This document shows, one piece after another, positions 29,438-39,582 of a stretch of 64,000 nt of DNA. The position numbers were made by a program, and so were the translations under genes. Origin of the DNA: a virus (Duplodnaviria > Caudoviricetes); the IMG/VR virus record IMGVR_UViG_3300029288_000060, positions 160,001 to 224,000 of that record, one strand, 5' to 3'. Below the pieces are notes generated by a model. That model worked only from the letters and a program-made list of their open reading frames with translations, had not been told where the DNA came from and did no database searches. The stretch's first letter is position 1. Each line of letters starts with the position of its first letter.

Positions 29438-29454
29438 TTCTAACCATCCTTTAT

Positions 29455-29664
29455 CTATTCTTGTATCACCTTCATTTTTCCTGTTTCATCATGTTTACTT
29501 CTATATTTATTTTCAATAAAAGCACCTTGTTCTGTAACAAAATCACATGTAAAAATAGATTCTCTAGTTGAATCAGCACCTTTACAAAATGAATTTGTTG
29601 AATTATTATATGGACAAGCAGTTGAAAATGGACATACTTGTTTTGGTTTTAAAAACAATGACAT
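29455..29664 (-). CDS. Small Cys-rich hypothetical protein
   Basis: CPFSTACPY..FC..TC; AAGGAGG RBS. Confidence 0.65.
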   Translation of the reverse strand: MSLFLKPKQVCPFSTACPYNNSTNSFCKGADSTRESIFTCDFVTEQGAFIENKYRSKHDETGKMKVIQE

Positions 29665-29666
29665 TT

Positions 29667-31454
29667 TTATATCGCCTCCTTTGATATTGCAATTTCACAT
29701 GCCTCAGCTTCATCATCTGTACTTTTTTGACAATTGCATTCAATATCACCATCATCAATTGAATCAGAAAATCCAATAGTTTGTTGACTAACTATATCAA
29801 AAAGTTCATCCTCACCAATTTTATTATATACCTGTCCTCCTCTTGATTCATCAACATATATTGTAACCCCTTTTAAATCTCTAATATATTCTAAAAGATA
29901 ATTATTTAATTGTTCTGAAGTTGTTCCTTTGGGCATATTAATAGTTTTTGAAACAGCGCCATCTGTATATTTTTGTACAATAGCTTGGACTTCAAAATGA
30001 TCTTTTGGAGTTAGATCAGATGACTCAACAAACCAATCTGGAATATTTTCACCAGATAAAAGTAATTGTTTATATTTAGGATGAATATAAATTCGTTCTC
30101 CAACCCTATCATTTCTTCTGTATGCTTTAAACATTAATGGTTCAATACCTGACGTTACTTCTGGTAATAGTGAGATTGTGCCATTAGGAGCCATTGCCAT
30201 TCCTGATACACATCTTACTCCATATTTTTTAATATCCATTCTTAATTGCGCAGGAAGTTTTCTAATAAAAGATGCGTTACCATATTGAACTGGTTCAAAT
30301 TTTGGAAATGACCCTTTCTCAACAGAAAGTTCAATCAATGTTTGGTAAACTGTATCACGAATAAATCTCATTAATTTTTCTATTTCAAGTATTGCTTCTT
30401 TTGAACCATATCTTAATTCTTTAGCAAATAAATATTCAGCCAAACCCATCATTCCAAGACCAATTCTTCTAGAATTATGTGTTTTGATGTCTATTTCTTT
30501 TAAAGAGTATTTATTAGCATCAATTACATTGTCTAAAAATCTTACTGCTAATTTAATAGTATTTTCTAATTTTTTCCAATTTGTATTTACATTACCTGTA
30601 ATAAAATTTGGTAATACTAATGAACCTAAATCACATGATTCATAATTTGACAAAATTGCTTCTCCACATGGGTTAGTAGAAACTACAGGATCATAATAAT
30701 AAGAATTATTTTTATACAAATTTGTTTTATTTAAAAGACCTGGTTCAGCCTTTGAAATCATATTATTTACAATTAAATTCCATATTTCTCTCGCCTTAAT
30801 TTTTTCATATTCTTTTTGTTTAAATTTAAACGTCCAAACTGAGTCAGATTCTACCGCTTGAATAAATTCTTCATCAACTAATACTGAAATATTAAAATGA
30901 GATATTTCTCCTTCTACTAACTTTGAATTAATAAAATTCATTATTTCAGGATGAGAAACATCACAGCAAGCTAAAGCAGCCGCTCTTCTTTGACCGCCGC
31001 TTTCAATAGTTTTTGAAACTGAATCTGCAGCTTTAATAAAACTTACCATACCAGAAGACTTTCCACCCTTTCCCAAAATTGGTGTATCTTTTGGTCTCAA
31101 AGGTGAAAAATTGCATCCTACTCCACCTCCTTCACTCCATAATGTTAAACTATCAGCTATAAATTTTCCAATTTCTTCAATTGAATCACCTATAGGAACA
31201 ACATAACAGTTCATTAAACTACCTTTTGATCTAGAAGCATTTCTTAAAATTCTTCCAGCAGGGATAAAATCCATATAATAAATCATTTCTGCGAATTTTT
31301 CTGCCCAACTACTTTTATTTTTTGTTTCCACTTCCGCTATTGAATCAGCAACTCTTTCTGTACATGGTTCCCAATTTTCCCCTTCATTAAAATATCTGGT
31401 TTTTGCTACCGTTTCTGAATTTTTTGATAAAATCACTTTTTTACTAGTTGTCAT
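29667..31454 (-). CDS. nrdJ: Ribonucleotide reductase, class II (adenosylcobalamin-dependent) type
   Basis: FIPAGRIL, NCYV, TNPCGE..SCDLGS, RRIGLG, APNGTIS, SGIEP; C-terminal Cys tail; no ATP cone and no adjacent R2 gene. Confidence 0.85.
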   Translation of the reverse strand: MTTSKKVILSKNSETVAKTRYFNEGENWEPCTERVADSIAEVETKNKSSWAEKFAEMIYYMDFIPAGRILRNASRSKGSLMNCYVVPIGDSIEEIGKFIADSLTLWSEGGGVGCNFSPLRPKDTPILGKGGKSSGMVSFIKAADSVSKTIESGGQRRAAALACCDVSHPEIMNFINSKLVEGEISHFNISVLVDEEFIQAVESDSVWTFKFKQKEYEKIKAREIWNLIVNNMISKAEPGLLNKTNLYKNNSYYYDPVVSTNPCGEAILSNYESCDLGSLVLPNFITGNVNTNWKKLENTIKLAVRFLDNVIDANKYSLKEIDIKTHNSRRIGLGMMGLAEYLFAKELRYGSKEAILEIEKLMRFIRDTVYQTLIELSVEKGSFPKFEPVQYGNASFIRKLPAQLRMDIKKYGVRCVSGMAMAPNGTISLLPEVTSGIEPLMFKAYRRNDRVGERIYIHPKYKQLLLSGENIPDWFVESSDLTPKDHFEVQAIVQKYTDGAVSKTINMPKGTTSEQLNNYLLEYIRDLKGVTIYVDESRGGQVYNKIGEDELFDIVSQQTIGFSDSIDDGDIECNCQKSTDDEAEACEIAISKEAI

Positions 31455-31587
31455 ATTTATTTTTTCTCCCTTATATTTATTAATTATTCAATTAAGTATA
31501 TATTTGTTCATAAAAATAAAAATAGTTTCTAAAATGGCATGAAACTAACGTAAAACCTACAAGATTGTAACTAAGAAGTAATAAATT

Positions 31588-31616
31588 GGATTTTAAAACG
31601 GCGGGATTTTAAAACG
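31588..31616. repeat. Tandem 13-bp direct repeat upstream of RNR
   Basis: GGATTTTAAAACG at 31588-31600 and 31604-31616. Confidence 0.7.
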
Positions 31617-31646
31617 AGGTTTTTATATTAAACATAAATTTCTATA

Positions 31647-32054
31647 CTATTTTTCAACTTTACCTTTAAAAAATGCGTATACTTTTTTAGAATAATTTCT
31701 GGATTTTGAGAATGTTGCTGTATTTACAAAATGATAAATTCCTTTAAGTTTCTTTCCTTTAAAGTCAACAACTATATGAGCATTTGTATATTTTATTACA
31801 TTACAATTTCCTTTATCAACTTCTTTGATTGTTCCTGCACCATACTGTCCTTCAGGAATTTTTCCTGTAAATAATGCTTCTTGTTCACTATGATCGTTAC
31901 TGCGCGGGATATAGATTCTTTTCCCAGGTTCTGTAGGTGGAAATGTGTTCATTGAAAAACTTGCCCAATTTTTTGAGTTAGGAATTTGAAATCTAAGATC
32001 CCAATGTTTCCCCCTTTTAATTGCATCATGTTCATGTAAAACAAATTTTTCCAT
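31647..32054 (-). CDS. Standalone LigD-type 3'-phosphoesterase (PE domain)
   Basis: FVLHEHDA..HWDLRF..NDH..FTGKIPEGQYGAGTI..DKG. Confidence 0.88.
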   Translation of the reverse strand: MEKFVLHEHDAIKRGKHWDLRFQIPNSKNWASFSMNTFPPTEPGKRIYIPRSNDHSEQEALFTGKIPEGQYGAGTIKEVDKGNCNVIKYTNAHIVVDFKGKKLKGIYHFVNTATFSKSRNYSKKVYAFFKGKVEK

Positions 32055-32084
32055 TTATTTTTATCTCCATCCACAACTTTTCAA

Positions 32085-32585
32085 TTATTTTATTAATTTA
32101 TTTATTGAATCCTCTGCAAATCTGGCTAGCGAATAGGCATCACATAAATTATCATCATTAAAGTCAACTCCCCATTTTTTATATACTTCTTTTAACATTA
32201 AATTTTTCTTTACATTTCCTTTTCCGGTTACAAATTTTTTCAATGTAGTAGGTGATACTACAATATAAGGAATGTTATTATTAAATAAAAAAATTCTGAT
32301 AAAATAATTTAAAGCTGCAATTTGCAGAATTGCTTCTCCAGTTGAACCATAACTGAGTCCCTCCAAACAAACTAAATTTAAATCATACTCATTCATATAA
32401 TATAAAAGTATATTTAACTCGCTTGCTATATATAAAATTCTTTTTTCAATATCAAACTGTGTATCTTGATGTTTTGTTGTAATTAGCATTTGTTTGATAA
32501 CGTTACAATTACCATCAATAATTACAACACTTGTTCCGCTAAATGAAGCATCTATACCAACAAAAAGTTTTTTATTTAAGTCCAT
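32085..32585 (-). CDS. ruvC: RuvC-like Holliday junction resolvase
   Basis: VGIDAS, CLEG, PTTLKKFVTGKGNVKK, DNLCDAYSLA. Confidence 0.9.
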   Translation of the reverse strand: MDLNKKLFVGIDASFSGTSVVIIDGNCNVIKQMLITTKHQDTQFDIEKRILYIASELNILLYYMNEYDLNLVCLEGLSYGSTGEAILQIAALNYFIRIFLFNNNIPYIVVSPTTLKKFVTGKGNVKKNLMLKEVYKKWGVDFNDDNLCDAYSLARFAEDSINKLIK

Positions 32586-32866
32586 ATCAATTCCTTTGTT
32601 ACCCTTTCTAAAGTTTCTTTTCTTTCAACAATTTCTGAGTTATCCATATAGTTTTTCAATTGACTTTTTATTTCGTTTGTTAAAGATTTTATAAATTCTT
32701 CTGATAATACATAAGTATAATTTGATATTTCTATTAGATAATCACAAACTTCACTTACTTCATCATTTGAAATTCTGGTATACTCACTTAATTTTTCACA
32801 TAAATCTTGTAATTCATTATATTCCATATATCCCTCCCTATTTATAGTTATTCTCAGATGTTGCAC
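32576..32866 (-). CDS. Hypothetical protein
   Basis: The likely start is the internal ATG (MEYNEL) with a GGAGG RBS. Confidence 0.6.
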   Translation of the reverse strand: MQHLRITINREGYMEYNELQDLCEKLSEYTRISNDEVSEVCDYLIEISNYTYVLSEEFIKSLTNEIKSQLKNYMDNSEIVERKETLERVTKELIWT

Positions 32867-33710
32867 CTTTAATTTCCATCCAATCTTTCTTTTCTCTTAC
32901 TCGTTCGTTAATATTATCAACTGATTCTAAAATTTCAATATCAAAATTATTTTGTTTACACCAAAAGATGAATGATTTCAAATCCTTAGGGAAGCATTTC
33001 CCGCCAAAACCCAACTGAAAATCAAAGCCTGGAACTTTAGTATGGGAATCTGTAATTCTATTATCTCCTACAAATAATTGTCTTACATTTTCATACTCAA
33101 CTCCAATTTTTTCACATATTTTATAAATTTGATTCATAAAAATTACTTTAGTTGCAAAATAACAATTACACATATATTTTAATAATTCTGCCTCTTCATA
33201 CTTTACTTTAAAAATTGGAGTATATTTAAATCTAACTCGATATAATTCTTCTACCTTACTATGAGCACCATCTATTCCTGGATCATCCGTTCCTAAAACT
33301 ATTCTAGTTTGATTTAAAAAATCATTCAATGCAGTTCTTTCTGTTAAAAATTCTGGATTAAAAATGAAATCAAATTGTTTAAATTCATCAGCTAATTTTC
33401 TTGTTGTGCCTGGAATTATTGTAGATTTTATAACTAAAATTTTACGTTCTTTTGTAACTTCATTAATAGAATTAACTACATCATATATTGATGATAAATC
33501 CTGTTCATAATTTTCCTTGAATGGAGTAGGAACACAAATAAATAATACTTCAGCGTGATCAACTGTATCTTGCAATGTGCTAAAACCTTTAATAAACTTA
33601 TCATAAATTTTAATATCAAAATATGGAGAAAAGCCATTATAGAGTGCACTTCCCACAAATCCTGCTCCAATAATAGATAACTTATTCATATTTTTAATTC
33701 TCCTTTTCAA
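32838..33710 (-). CDS. UDP-glucose/GDP-mannose 6-dehydrogenase family protein (short form)
   Basis: GAGFVG, FICVPTP, IKSTIIPGT, FNPEFL, AELLKY, GFGGKCFPKD; no C-terminal domain. Confidence 0.88.
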   Translation of the reverse strand: MKRRIKNMNKLSIIGAGFVGSALYNGFSPYFDIKIYDKFIKGFSTLQDTVDHAEVLFICVPTPFKENYEQDLSSIYDVVNSINEVTKERKILVIKSTIIPGTTRKLADEFKQFDFIFNPEFLTERTALNDFLNQTRIVLGTDDPGIDGAHSKVEELYRVRFKYTPIFKVKYEEAELLKYMCNCYFATKVIFMNQIYKICEKIGVEYENVRQLFVGDNRITDSHTKVPGFDFQLGFGGKCFPKDLKSFIFWCKQNNFDIEILESVDNINERVREKKDWMEIKGATSENNYK

Positions 33711-34429
33711 ATATTATTTAGTTTTTGACGTATTTCTTCACTTTTTCCACATGATCTAGTTCCTTCACTACATCTTCCATTAAAACATGATGGTCCAGCA
33801 TTTTGAAATATTATTGGTGAAATAGGCTTAACTAATTTTAACATTTCTAAAGCTAAATTCCTTATTTCCCATTGAGCCCGATTACATAAACGTAGACGAA
33901 AAAAATAAAGTAGTTCTCTTGCATTCATTGTAACTATAATTTTTGTCTCTGTAGCATTTGGTAAAACAAAACGAGCATCCTCTCTTGCATGCTCGTTTGT
34001 ACGTCCAGAACGTTTTAATACTTCTACTAATTTATTATAACTATCTTGAATTAATTTCATAGTGTTTTCAAAATCATCTTTTAATTCAATATTTTCTTCA
34101 ATTAAAGGAGGAATAATATATTGAAATTCCTTTTCGTTAACATAACGTTGCGATTGTTGACTATAAGATGCTAAGCGATGTCTTACAAGTTGGTGAGAAC
34201 ATGCTCTAGATATACCTTCAATTGCAAAAGTAAATGACGCATGTTCTATTGGACTATGGTGACCTGATTCTAGTAAATCTTCCAAAAGAGTTTTATAATC
34301 AACATTATCATTAATTGTTATTACTCCTTCTATATCAGATGGAGAGTAACAAATTTTAGCAGCAGAATAAATTGTTTTTTCTGGTTCTGGTGTATATTTT
34401 ACTAAAAGCACTTTTAACTTTGTTTGCAT
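33707..34429 (-). CDS. thyX: Flavin-dependent thymidylate synthase
   Basis: GHHSPIEH, SHQLVRHRLASYSQQSQRY, EDARFVLP, AQWEIR. Confidence 0.96.
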   Translation of the reverse strand: MQTKLKVLLVKYTPEPEKTIYSAAKICYSPSDIEGVITINDNVDYKTLLEDLLESGHHSPIEHASFTFAIEGISRACSHQLVRHRLASYSQQSQRYVNEKEFQYIIPPLIEENIELKDDFENTMKLIQDSYNKLVEVLKRSGRTNEHAREDARFVLPNATETKIIVTMNARELLYFFRLRLCNRAQWEIRNLALEMLKLVKPISPIIFQNAGPSCFNGRCSEGTRSCGKSEEIRQKLNNI

Positions 34430-34482
34430 TACAAATTGCCCCCCAGATTCAATATAATAAAAATTATTTATTTTTTAATTCA

Positions 34483-35199
34483 TCATCCAAATGAAACGAC
34501 AACGTTAGTCAGAGATCCAGCAATTAATTTTTCAATTACTTCTGCTCTCTTTTCTTTTCCTTCATCAAAAATCTCAGATGATAGGGGAATTGTACCAAAT
34601 GGTGTTTGTAAATTATCTCCATATTTTTTTCTTATTCTTCCAATTTTCATCATTATATCTGCAAGACATAAGTCGAGAAAATACATTTGTAAATCATTTG
34701 GAATAGTTGAAAAATCAGACGCGTGAGCTCTTTCATATTCTATAGCAATCCATTGTTCTGTTGTTGGTGTAGGTCTAATAGAAAGTATGTTAGGATGCTT
34801 AAAGACATGTGTATAATTAAAAGACGAAAAAGATTTTACCCACCCTGCCATTTCAACATCAAATGCCCATTGTGAAAGTTCCCCCATACTCATCGGACCA
34901 AGTGGCGGATGACCAAATAAATATAAATTTCCTGCGGAATAATAAACATGTGAAACTGATAAAATTTCTCTTCCTTCTGGATCACTTATATAATATTCAT
35001 TAGCTTTATTTGGTACTTTATTTGATGCAGTTTGAACATTTAAACCTATAGTATTATCATCCGGAAAATAATGTGCAAAAGTTGCCATCGTATATTCAGT
35101 TATATGCTCTAAAATTTCCTCATCTGTTAATTCCACGAATTGCCATGGAAATCCAATTTCTGATTTTATATATTTTAATACCTTAGTTGAATTAAGCAT
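34483..35199 (-). CDS. Head completion/neck protein (T4 gp13-like)
   Basis: YIKSEIGFPWQFVELTDEEI..IGRIRKKY..IFDEGKE follows the gp13 family pattern. Confidence 0.7.
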   Translation of the reverse strand: MLNSTKVLKYIKSEIGFPWQFVELTDEEILEHITEYTMATFAHYFPDDNTIGLNVQTASNKVPNKANEYYISDPEGREILSVSHVYYSAGNLYLFGHPPLGPMSMGELSQWAFDVEMAGWVKSFSSFNYTHVFKHPNILSIRPTPTTEQWIAIEYERAHASDFSTIPNDLQMYFLDLCLADIMMKIGRIRKKYGDNLQTPFGTIPLSSEIFDEGKEKRAEVIEKLIAGSLTNVVVSFG

Positions 35200-35206
35200 C
35201 TTTTAA

Positions 35207-36349
35207 TTATCCTCCGTTACTCTGGTAATAAATACTATCTAAAGAATCATCTGTTATGTAAATTCTGCTCATTTCTAAAGCCTTTCTCATAACTTCAATA
35301 TCAGTAATTTCTTTATTCTCTAAAATATTTTCTATTATTTTTCTTTTTTCTAACATTTCAGTATTAATTGGATTATCTAAAAATCTACTTAAAATTTCAA
35401 ATGAAACCAATTTTAAATTGTTTGAAATTAGTTTTTCACTTTTCTCTTTTTGAATGATTGTATTTATATATTTGTTCGGATGTGAGTTTAAATCTAAAGG
35501 AAAAATTTCTCTTCCTTTTAAAACATTATTATACAAATTTTCTATCCCACCTACTAAATTTACTACGTCTTTTATTATTTTCTCGACCGTTTTTCCTCCA
35601 ATTCCTTTTATACCTTGTACATCATCTCCTGTATCACCTATAATTGCCATTGTTAAAGGAAGATAATCATCTGGGTAATTATTTGTAAACTTTAAATATG
35701 ATTTTAAAGATTGTCCTTTTTTAATTAGTTTTTTAACTTTTGGAACCTTAACATAAACATAAACATCATCATTTAGACATTGTAATAAATCATGATCATT
35801 TGAATATACTATATGTCCAGTTTCTGCATTTCTTTTTACTAAATTTCTAGTAATCAAATAAAAAGGTACAAAATCTGCTTCTAGATATGGTAAACGAATT
35901 AAATAAATATTTGGCATTTTATTTAAAGCTTTTTCTAATAACATGAAATTCTTTTGTATCACATGAAAAAATAAGTCTCTTTTTTCTCTATCCAAACCAT
36001 ATAAATCATCAATTCTTCTTGAAATTTTATATTTTTTAGAAATATTCAAATGATAATTTGATTTACCTGATTCTAAAAAAATATAAAAATTTGCTTTAAT
36101 ATTTCTATTTATACAATATGTTTTATGAAATGATAAAAAACTAAGGACTGATTCAAATATAGATGAATCAGTCCTCTTACTCAACAAAGTGGTTTCAATA
36201 ATATTCTCAATCTCATGCTTCATATATAACGTCTGTAAATTATTTTTTAAATCAAAATAAAAATTTAAAGATTTATAATTACCGGTTGATAATACTTCAT
36301 CTAAAATAGAATATGTTGGATAGTAACTTAATATCGTTTGACTTGCCAT
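35207..36349 (-). CDS. 5'-3' exonuclease / flap endonuclease (T4 RNase H, PolI N-terminal type)
   Basis: LEADF, SNDHDLLQ, IIGDTGDDVQGIKGIGGKT (helix-3-turn-helix). Confidence 0.88.
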   Translation of the reverse strand: MASQTILSYYPTYSILDEVLSTGNYKSLNFYFDLKNNLQTLYMKHEIENIIETTLLSKRTDSSIFESVLSFLSFHKTYCINRNIKANFYIFLESGKSNYHLNISKKYKISRRIDDLYGLDREKRDLFFHVIQKNFMLLEKALNKMPNIYLIRLPYLEADFVPFYLITRNLVKRNAETGHIVYSNDHDLLQCLNDDVYVYVKVPKVKKLIKKGQSLKSYLKFTNNYPDDYLPLTMAIIGDTGDDVQGIKGIGGKTVEKIIKDVVNLVGGIENLYNNVLKGREIFPLDLNSHPNKYINTIIQKEKSEKLISNNLKLVSFEILSRFLDNPINTEMLEKRKIIENILENKEITDIEVMRKALEMSRIYITDDSLDSIYYQSNGG

Positions 36350-36528
36350 TATTTTTTCTCATCCTCAGAATCTTCAGGTCCAGTTGAAGTAACAAGATCA
36401 TGAGTATATATAATTACAACTATAAGAGCAAGTAAAAGCCAAAACTTTGGATTTCGTATTGCAACCACATCTGATAAAAAAGCTCCAAATAAAATTAAAA
36501 CAAAAAAATGAAAATAATATTCAATCAT
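36349..36528 (-). CDS. Small two-TM membrane protein (59 aa)
   Basis: Absent from the ORF track: MIEYYFHFFVLILFGAFLSDVVAIRNPKFWLLLALIVVIIYTHDLVTSTGPEDSEDEKK; ATGA and TAATG overlaps with its neighbours. Confidence 0.7.
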   Translation of the reverse strand: MIEYYFHFFVLILFGAFLSDVVAIRNPKFWLLLALIVVIIYTHDLVTSTGPEDSEDEKK

Positions 36529-37049
36529 ATTTGCTCCGATAATAATATTGTAGTAACAATTTCTGTACGCATTTTTAACACATCTAAACTTTTATTTATT
36601 ATTTCATAGTCTGCTACAATTGTATCTTGTTCAGTTTCTGATATATGTTTGTTTTCTTCCTTATTTTGTTTTAAACTTGGTCTGATTATTCTAATTATTT
36701 TTCCATGAAAAAAATGGATCATATCAACTTCATTTTGAAATCTAACATCATGGATAACAATTAATTTTTTTCTATCAATCTTTGATATTTTTTCTGTCAT
36801 TTTATTAACCCAAAAATTGTCACTAACTTGTTTTCTAATAATTTCTGTTCCAATCTTTTGTAACATCATTCTAGAAAATTTTGTTTTTTTATCCCATAAT
36901 TCTTCTTTACTACAAATACCTGCATTATAAATCATTTCTTTCAAACAATCACCAAATGCAAGTAATATAGTATTTGGATACAAATCTTTTATAAAATTTG
37001 CAGTAGTAGTTTTTCCAGAATATAACTTCCCTGTTATTCCGATTAGCAT
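36525..37049 (-). CDS. Deoxynucleoside monophosphate kinase (T4 gp1-like)
   Basis: IGITGKLYSGKTT, RMMLQKIGTEIIR, DVRFQNE, HISE. Confidence 0.9.
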   Translation of the reverse strand: MLIGITGKLYSGKTTTANFIKDLYPNTILLAFGDCLKEMIYNAGICSKEELWDKKTKFSRMMLQKIGTEIIRKQVSDNFWVNKMTEKISKIDRKKLIVIHDVRFQNEVDMIHFFHGKIIRIIRPSLKQNKEENKHISETEQDTIVADYEIINKSLDVLKMRTEIVTTILLSEQI

Positions 37050-37059
37050 AAAAAACTCC

Positions 37060-37803
37060 TTATTCAGTTTCGATCATACTTGCTCTAGTATATAGATTTG
37101 TATTGATACTTCCAATTGTAGTTGAAAAAGAATTGATTACTATATTATTTCCTGAATCAAACATTTCCATTGTAATATCGCCATCATGATCAATAATAAA
37201 TGGAGTTATAACTAAATTAACAGAATGATTTAACTCTCTATTTGAAACTATATTGCTAACAAATTTTGCAAAATCATTTTTATTTTGAGTTGCTGTAGAT
37301 ATACTTGCCATCTCACCTTCAAAAATAGTTTGTAAACTATTAACATGAAAACTAGATGAAATTATTCTCATTCTGTCAGAAATCTTTTTTGAAATATTAG
37401 TAGAAAGGATTAAATCCTCTTGATTAATTATTATAACTCTGTCCAATTCTTCTTTGTTAATAAACTTATTATCTAAGAATTCTAATAAAGGATTTTTTAT
37501 TTTTAACATTGAATACTCATCAGATATAGTGAAACTATCTGGTTCTGTTAATATAGATACTTCTTGTCCTGAGAAACATTTAAATATATCTAACTTTGTT
37601 TTTAAATCTGTAATTGGAATATTCATTGTTGAAATAAGTGATGTTAAATCAATTTCAAATACTGTTGCGCTATCATTACTTCTTTGTCTGATAAGACCAT
37701 CTCTAATATCTACATCACCACATATATCTTTTAAAACAAACAAAACTCTTAATAATTCATCATACTTTGTTGCATCCAAATTTACTTGCACGACATTTTC
37801 CAT
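37060..37803 (-). CDS. Putative sliding clamp (gp45/PCNA-like)
   Basis: 247 aa, acidic, alpha/beta pattern; in the replication cluster near the clamp loader. The function is inferred. Confidence 0.55.
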   Translation of the reverse strand: MENVVQVNLDATKYDELLRVLFVLKDICGDVDIRDGLIRQRSNDSATVFEIDLTSLISTMNIPITDLKTKLDIFKCFSGQEVSILTEPDSFTISDEYSMLKIKNPLLEFLDNKFINKEELDRVIIINQEDLILSTNISKKISDRMRIISSSFHVNSLQTIFEGEMASISTATQNKNDFAKFVSNIVSNRELNHSVNLVITPFIIDHDGDITMEMFDSGNNIVINSFSTTIGSINTNLYTRASMIETE

Positions 37804-38177
37804 ACTTTTTCACCTTTCCTTTTTTCTATAATAACTTCACTTTTATCTATGAATAAATCAAATGGAGAAATATAAAATTTTCCAATTTTATAATCTGCAT
37901 AATTTACAATACGTTTTTGAAAATAAACTTTTACATAATCCATCTCAGTTCTATATTCAATATAAAATACATTCTTGTTTATTAATCTCCACTCTTCTGA
38001 TTCAGGTATTTTTAATTTTGAAAAAGAAATAAAATTTTGCTTTTCAAATTCTATATATGGACCACGTTTACCAATTACTATTCTATTATAACCTTTAGCT
38101 AAAATATCTGATTTTGTATATAAAAATAAATCTTTTGAACCGTTTATTGAAATTTTTAACCTATCAATATAATTCAT
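37782..38177 (-). CDS. Hypothetical protein (GYxRIVIGxRGPYIEF motif)
   Basis: 131 aa, overlaps its neighbours. Confidence 0.7.
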   Translation of the reverse strand: MNYIDRLKISINGSKDLFLYTKSDILAKGYNRIVIGKRGPYIEFEKQNFISFSKLKIPESEEWRLINKNVFYIEYRTEMDYVKVYFQKRIVNYADYKIGKFYISPFDLFIDKSEVIIEKRKGEKVWKMSCK

Positions 38178-38562
38178 CTTCTTTTATACTTTTGATAATT
38201 GTCATATAATAAAATTTATCTTCTTTTACATTCTTTAAATCCATGTAATCAACAGTAATAAAACAATCTTCAACAAGTTTTAAAATATCCATTATTCTTT
38301 CTGAAATATGTTTATTATCATTATTTGTATTTATTGTAATTGGTATTGAAAAAATTATCAGAATAGAATCGATATTATTATATTCATAATTAAACATTGA
38401 AACATTACAATTTAAAATACTAAATAACTTATTACTTGCTGTTGATTGGCATAATAATGAATAATAGTCTAATTCATCTATAGTACCTGTATATTTTAAT
38501 CCTGTATCAATTGTAGTTTCAAAAATTTGTTTGAGTCTGTCTGTTGGATCAATTGTATTCAA
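38164..38562 (-). CDS. Hypothetical protein
   Basis: 132 aa, AAGGAG RBS. Confidence 0.65.
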   Translation of the reverse strand: MNTIDPTDRLKQIFETTIDTGLKYTGTIDELDYYSLLCQSTASNKLFSILNCNVSMFNYEYNNIDSILIIFSIPITINTNNDNKHISERIMDILKLVEDCFITVDYMDLKNVKEDKFYYMTIIKSIKEDELY

Positions 38563-38580
38563 ATTTAGTTCTCCTTATTT

Positions 38581-39564
38581 TTATAATATAAATTTTTCTA
38601 TATTTATAGTATTTTCTCCAAAATCTTTTGCTGCTTTATTATAATATACTTCCATCTTGTTTATAATATGTGAATTATACTTTTTTATTTTTTTATAATA
38701 ATCTAAACTAATACCTCTATCTGATAAAATTGTAACATCAATTCTATAAATTTTTTCGTTAAATACTATACTTTTAATCAAAGAAGTATAAGATGTTGAT
38801 AATGCCGCAGCATATAATTTTGTATGATTCTTTAATTTTGTGTAATCATATATATGTTCATTATAAATATCAAATATTCCTTCTCCAATTATTACATGGT
38901 TTGAATTATAATCTCCTCCTACTAATTTATAATAATCTAAAAATCTTGTTGCGTCAAGAAAAAGTTTAAAAAATTTAAATTCTGCAGTTTGATCTATATT
39001 TCTAAAAATAACAACTGATTCTTGTTCTGTCAAAAAACCAACAAAGTTTGATTGCAAATAAGGTTTAACTCTTAATAAATTATCATACATTGGAACATTA
39101 TTTTTATTTATAAATTCATCTACATCAAAAATCAATCCTTTAATATTTTTAAGATTTTGTATTGAATATTTTAACCTTCCTTTTAAATATAAAGTTTTTA
39201 ATTTAAAAAAATCTTCTTTTAAATCTGGAAGGATTAAAGGTTGTTTCTTAGTAGGAGGACTCAATTTAACATCATGTTTTTGTATTTGTTTAATTTTTTC
39301 CTTATCAATATATCTATCTGATGTATCTACTCCAGATATTTTATCCATTAATTTTGAAATTGTTCCATTGGTATTACAACTTGAATGAAAACAATGAAAT
39401 ATAGGTGCATCTAATGAAATGTACAAATGATAATGTTTTTTATTTCTGTTGTTGTGTTCTCCGCAAAAGAAACAAGGTATAATTATATTTTTTGATGTTA
39501 TTTTAATATTAGAAGTATATTGTTTTAAATAATTTAAAAATGAATCGTGATATATTCCAATCAT
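38581..39564 (-). CDS. DNA primase (T4 gp61-like: Zn finger + TOPRIM)
   Basis: CFFC..HCFHSSC zinc finger; IIGEGIFD, LSD, KDFGE. Confidence 0.75.
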   Translation of the reverse strand: MIGIYHDSFLNYLKQYTSNIKITSKNIIIPCFFCGEHNNRNKKHYHLYISLDAPIFHCFHSSCNTNGTISKLMDKISGVDTSDRYIDKEKIKQIQKHDVKLSPPTKKQPLILPDLKEDFFKLKTLYLKGRLKYSIQNLKNIKGLIFDVDEFINKNNVPMYDNLLRVKPYLQSNFVGFLTEQESVVIFRNIDQTAEFKFFKLFLDATRFLDYYKLVGGDYNSNHVIIGEGIFDIYNEHIYDYTKLKNHTKLYAAALSTSYTSLIKSIVFNEKIYRIDVTILSDRGISLDYYKKIKKYNSHIINKMEVYYNKAAKDFGENTINIEKFIL

Positions 39565-39582
39565 TTTTCTTCCTTAATTTCT

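Noticed and set aside
31455-31646. Cobalamin riboswitch or NrdR boxes upstream of class II RNR
   Set aside because: No B12-box or convincing NrdR consensus could be matched by eye.
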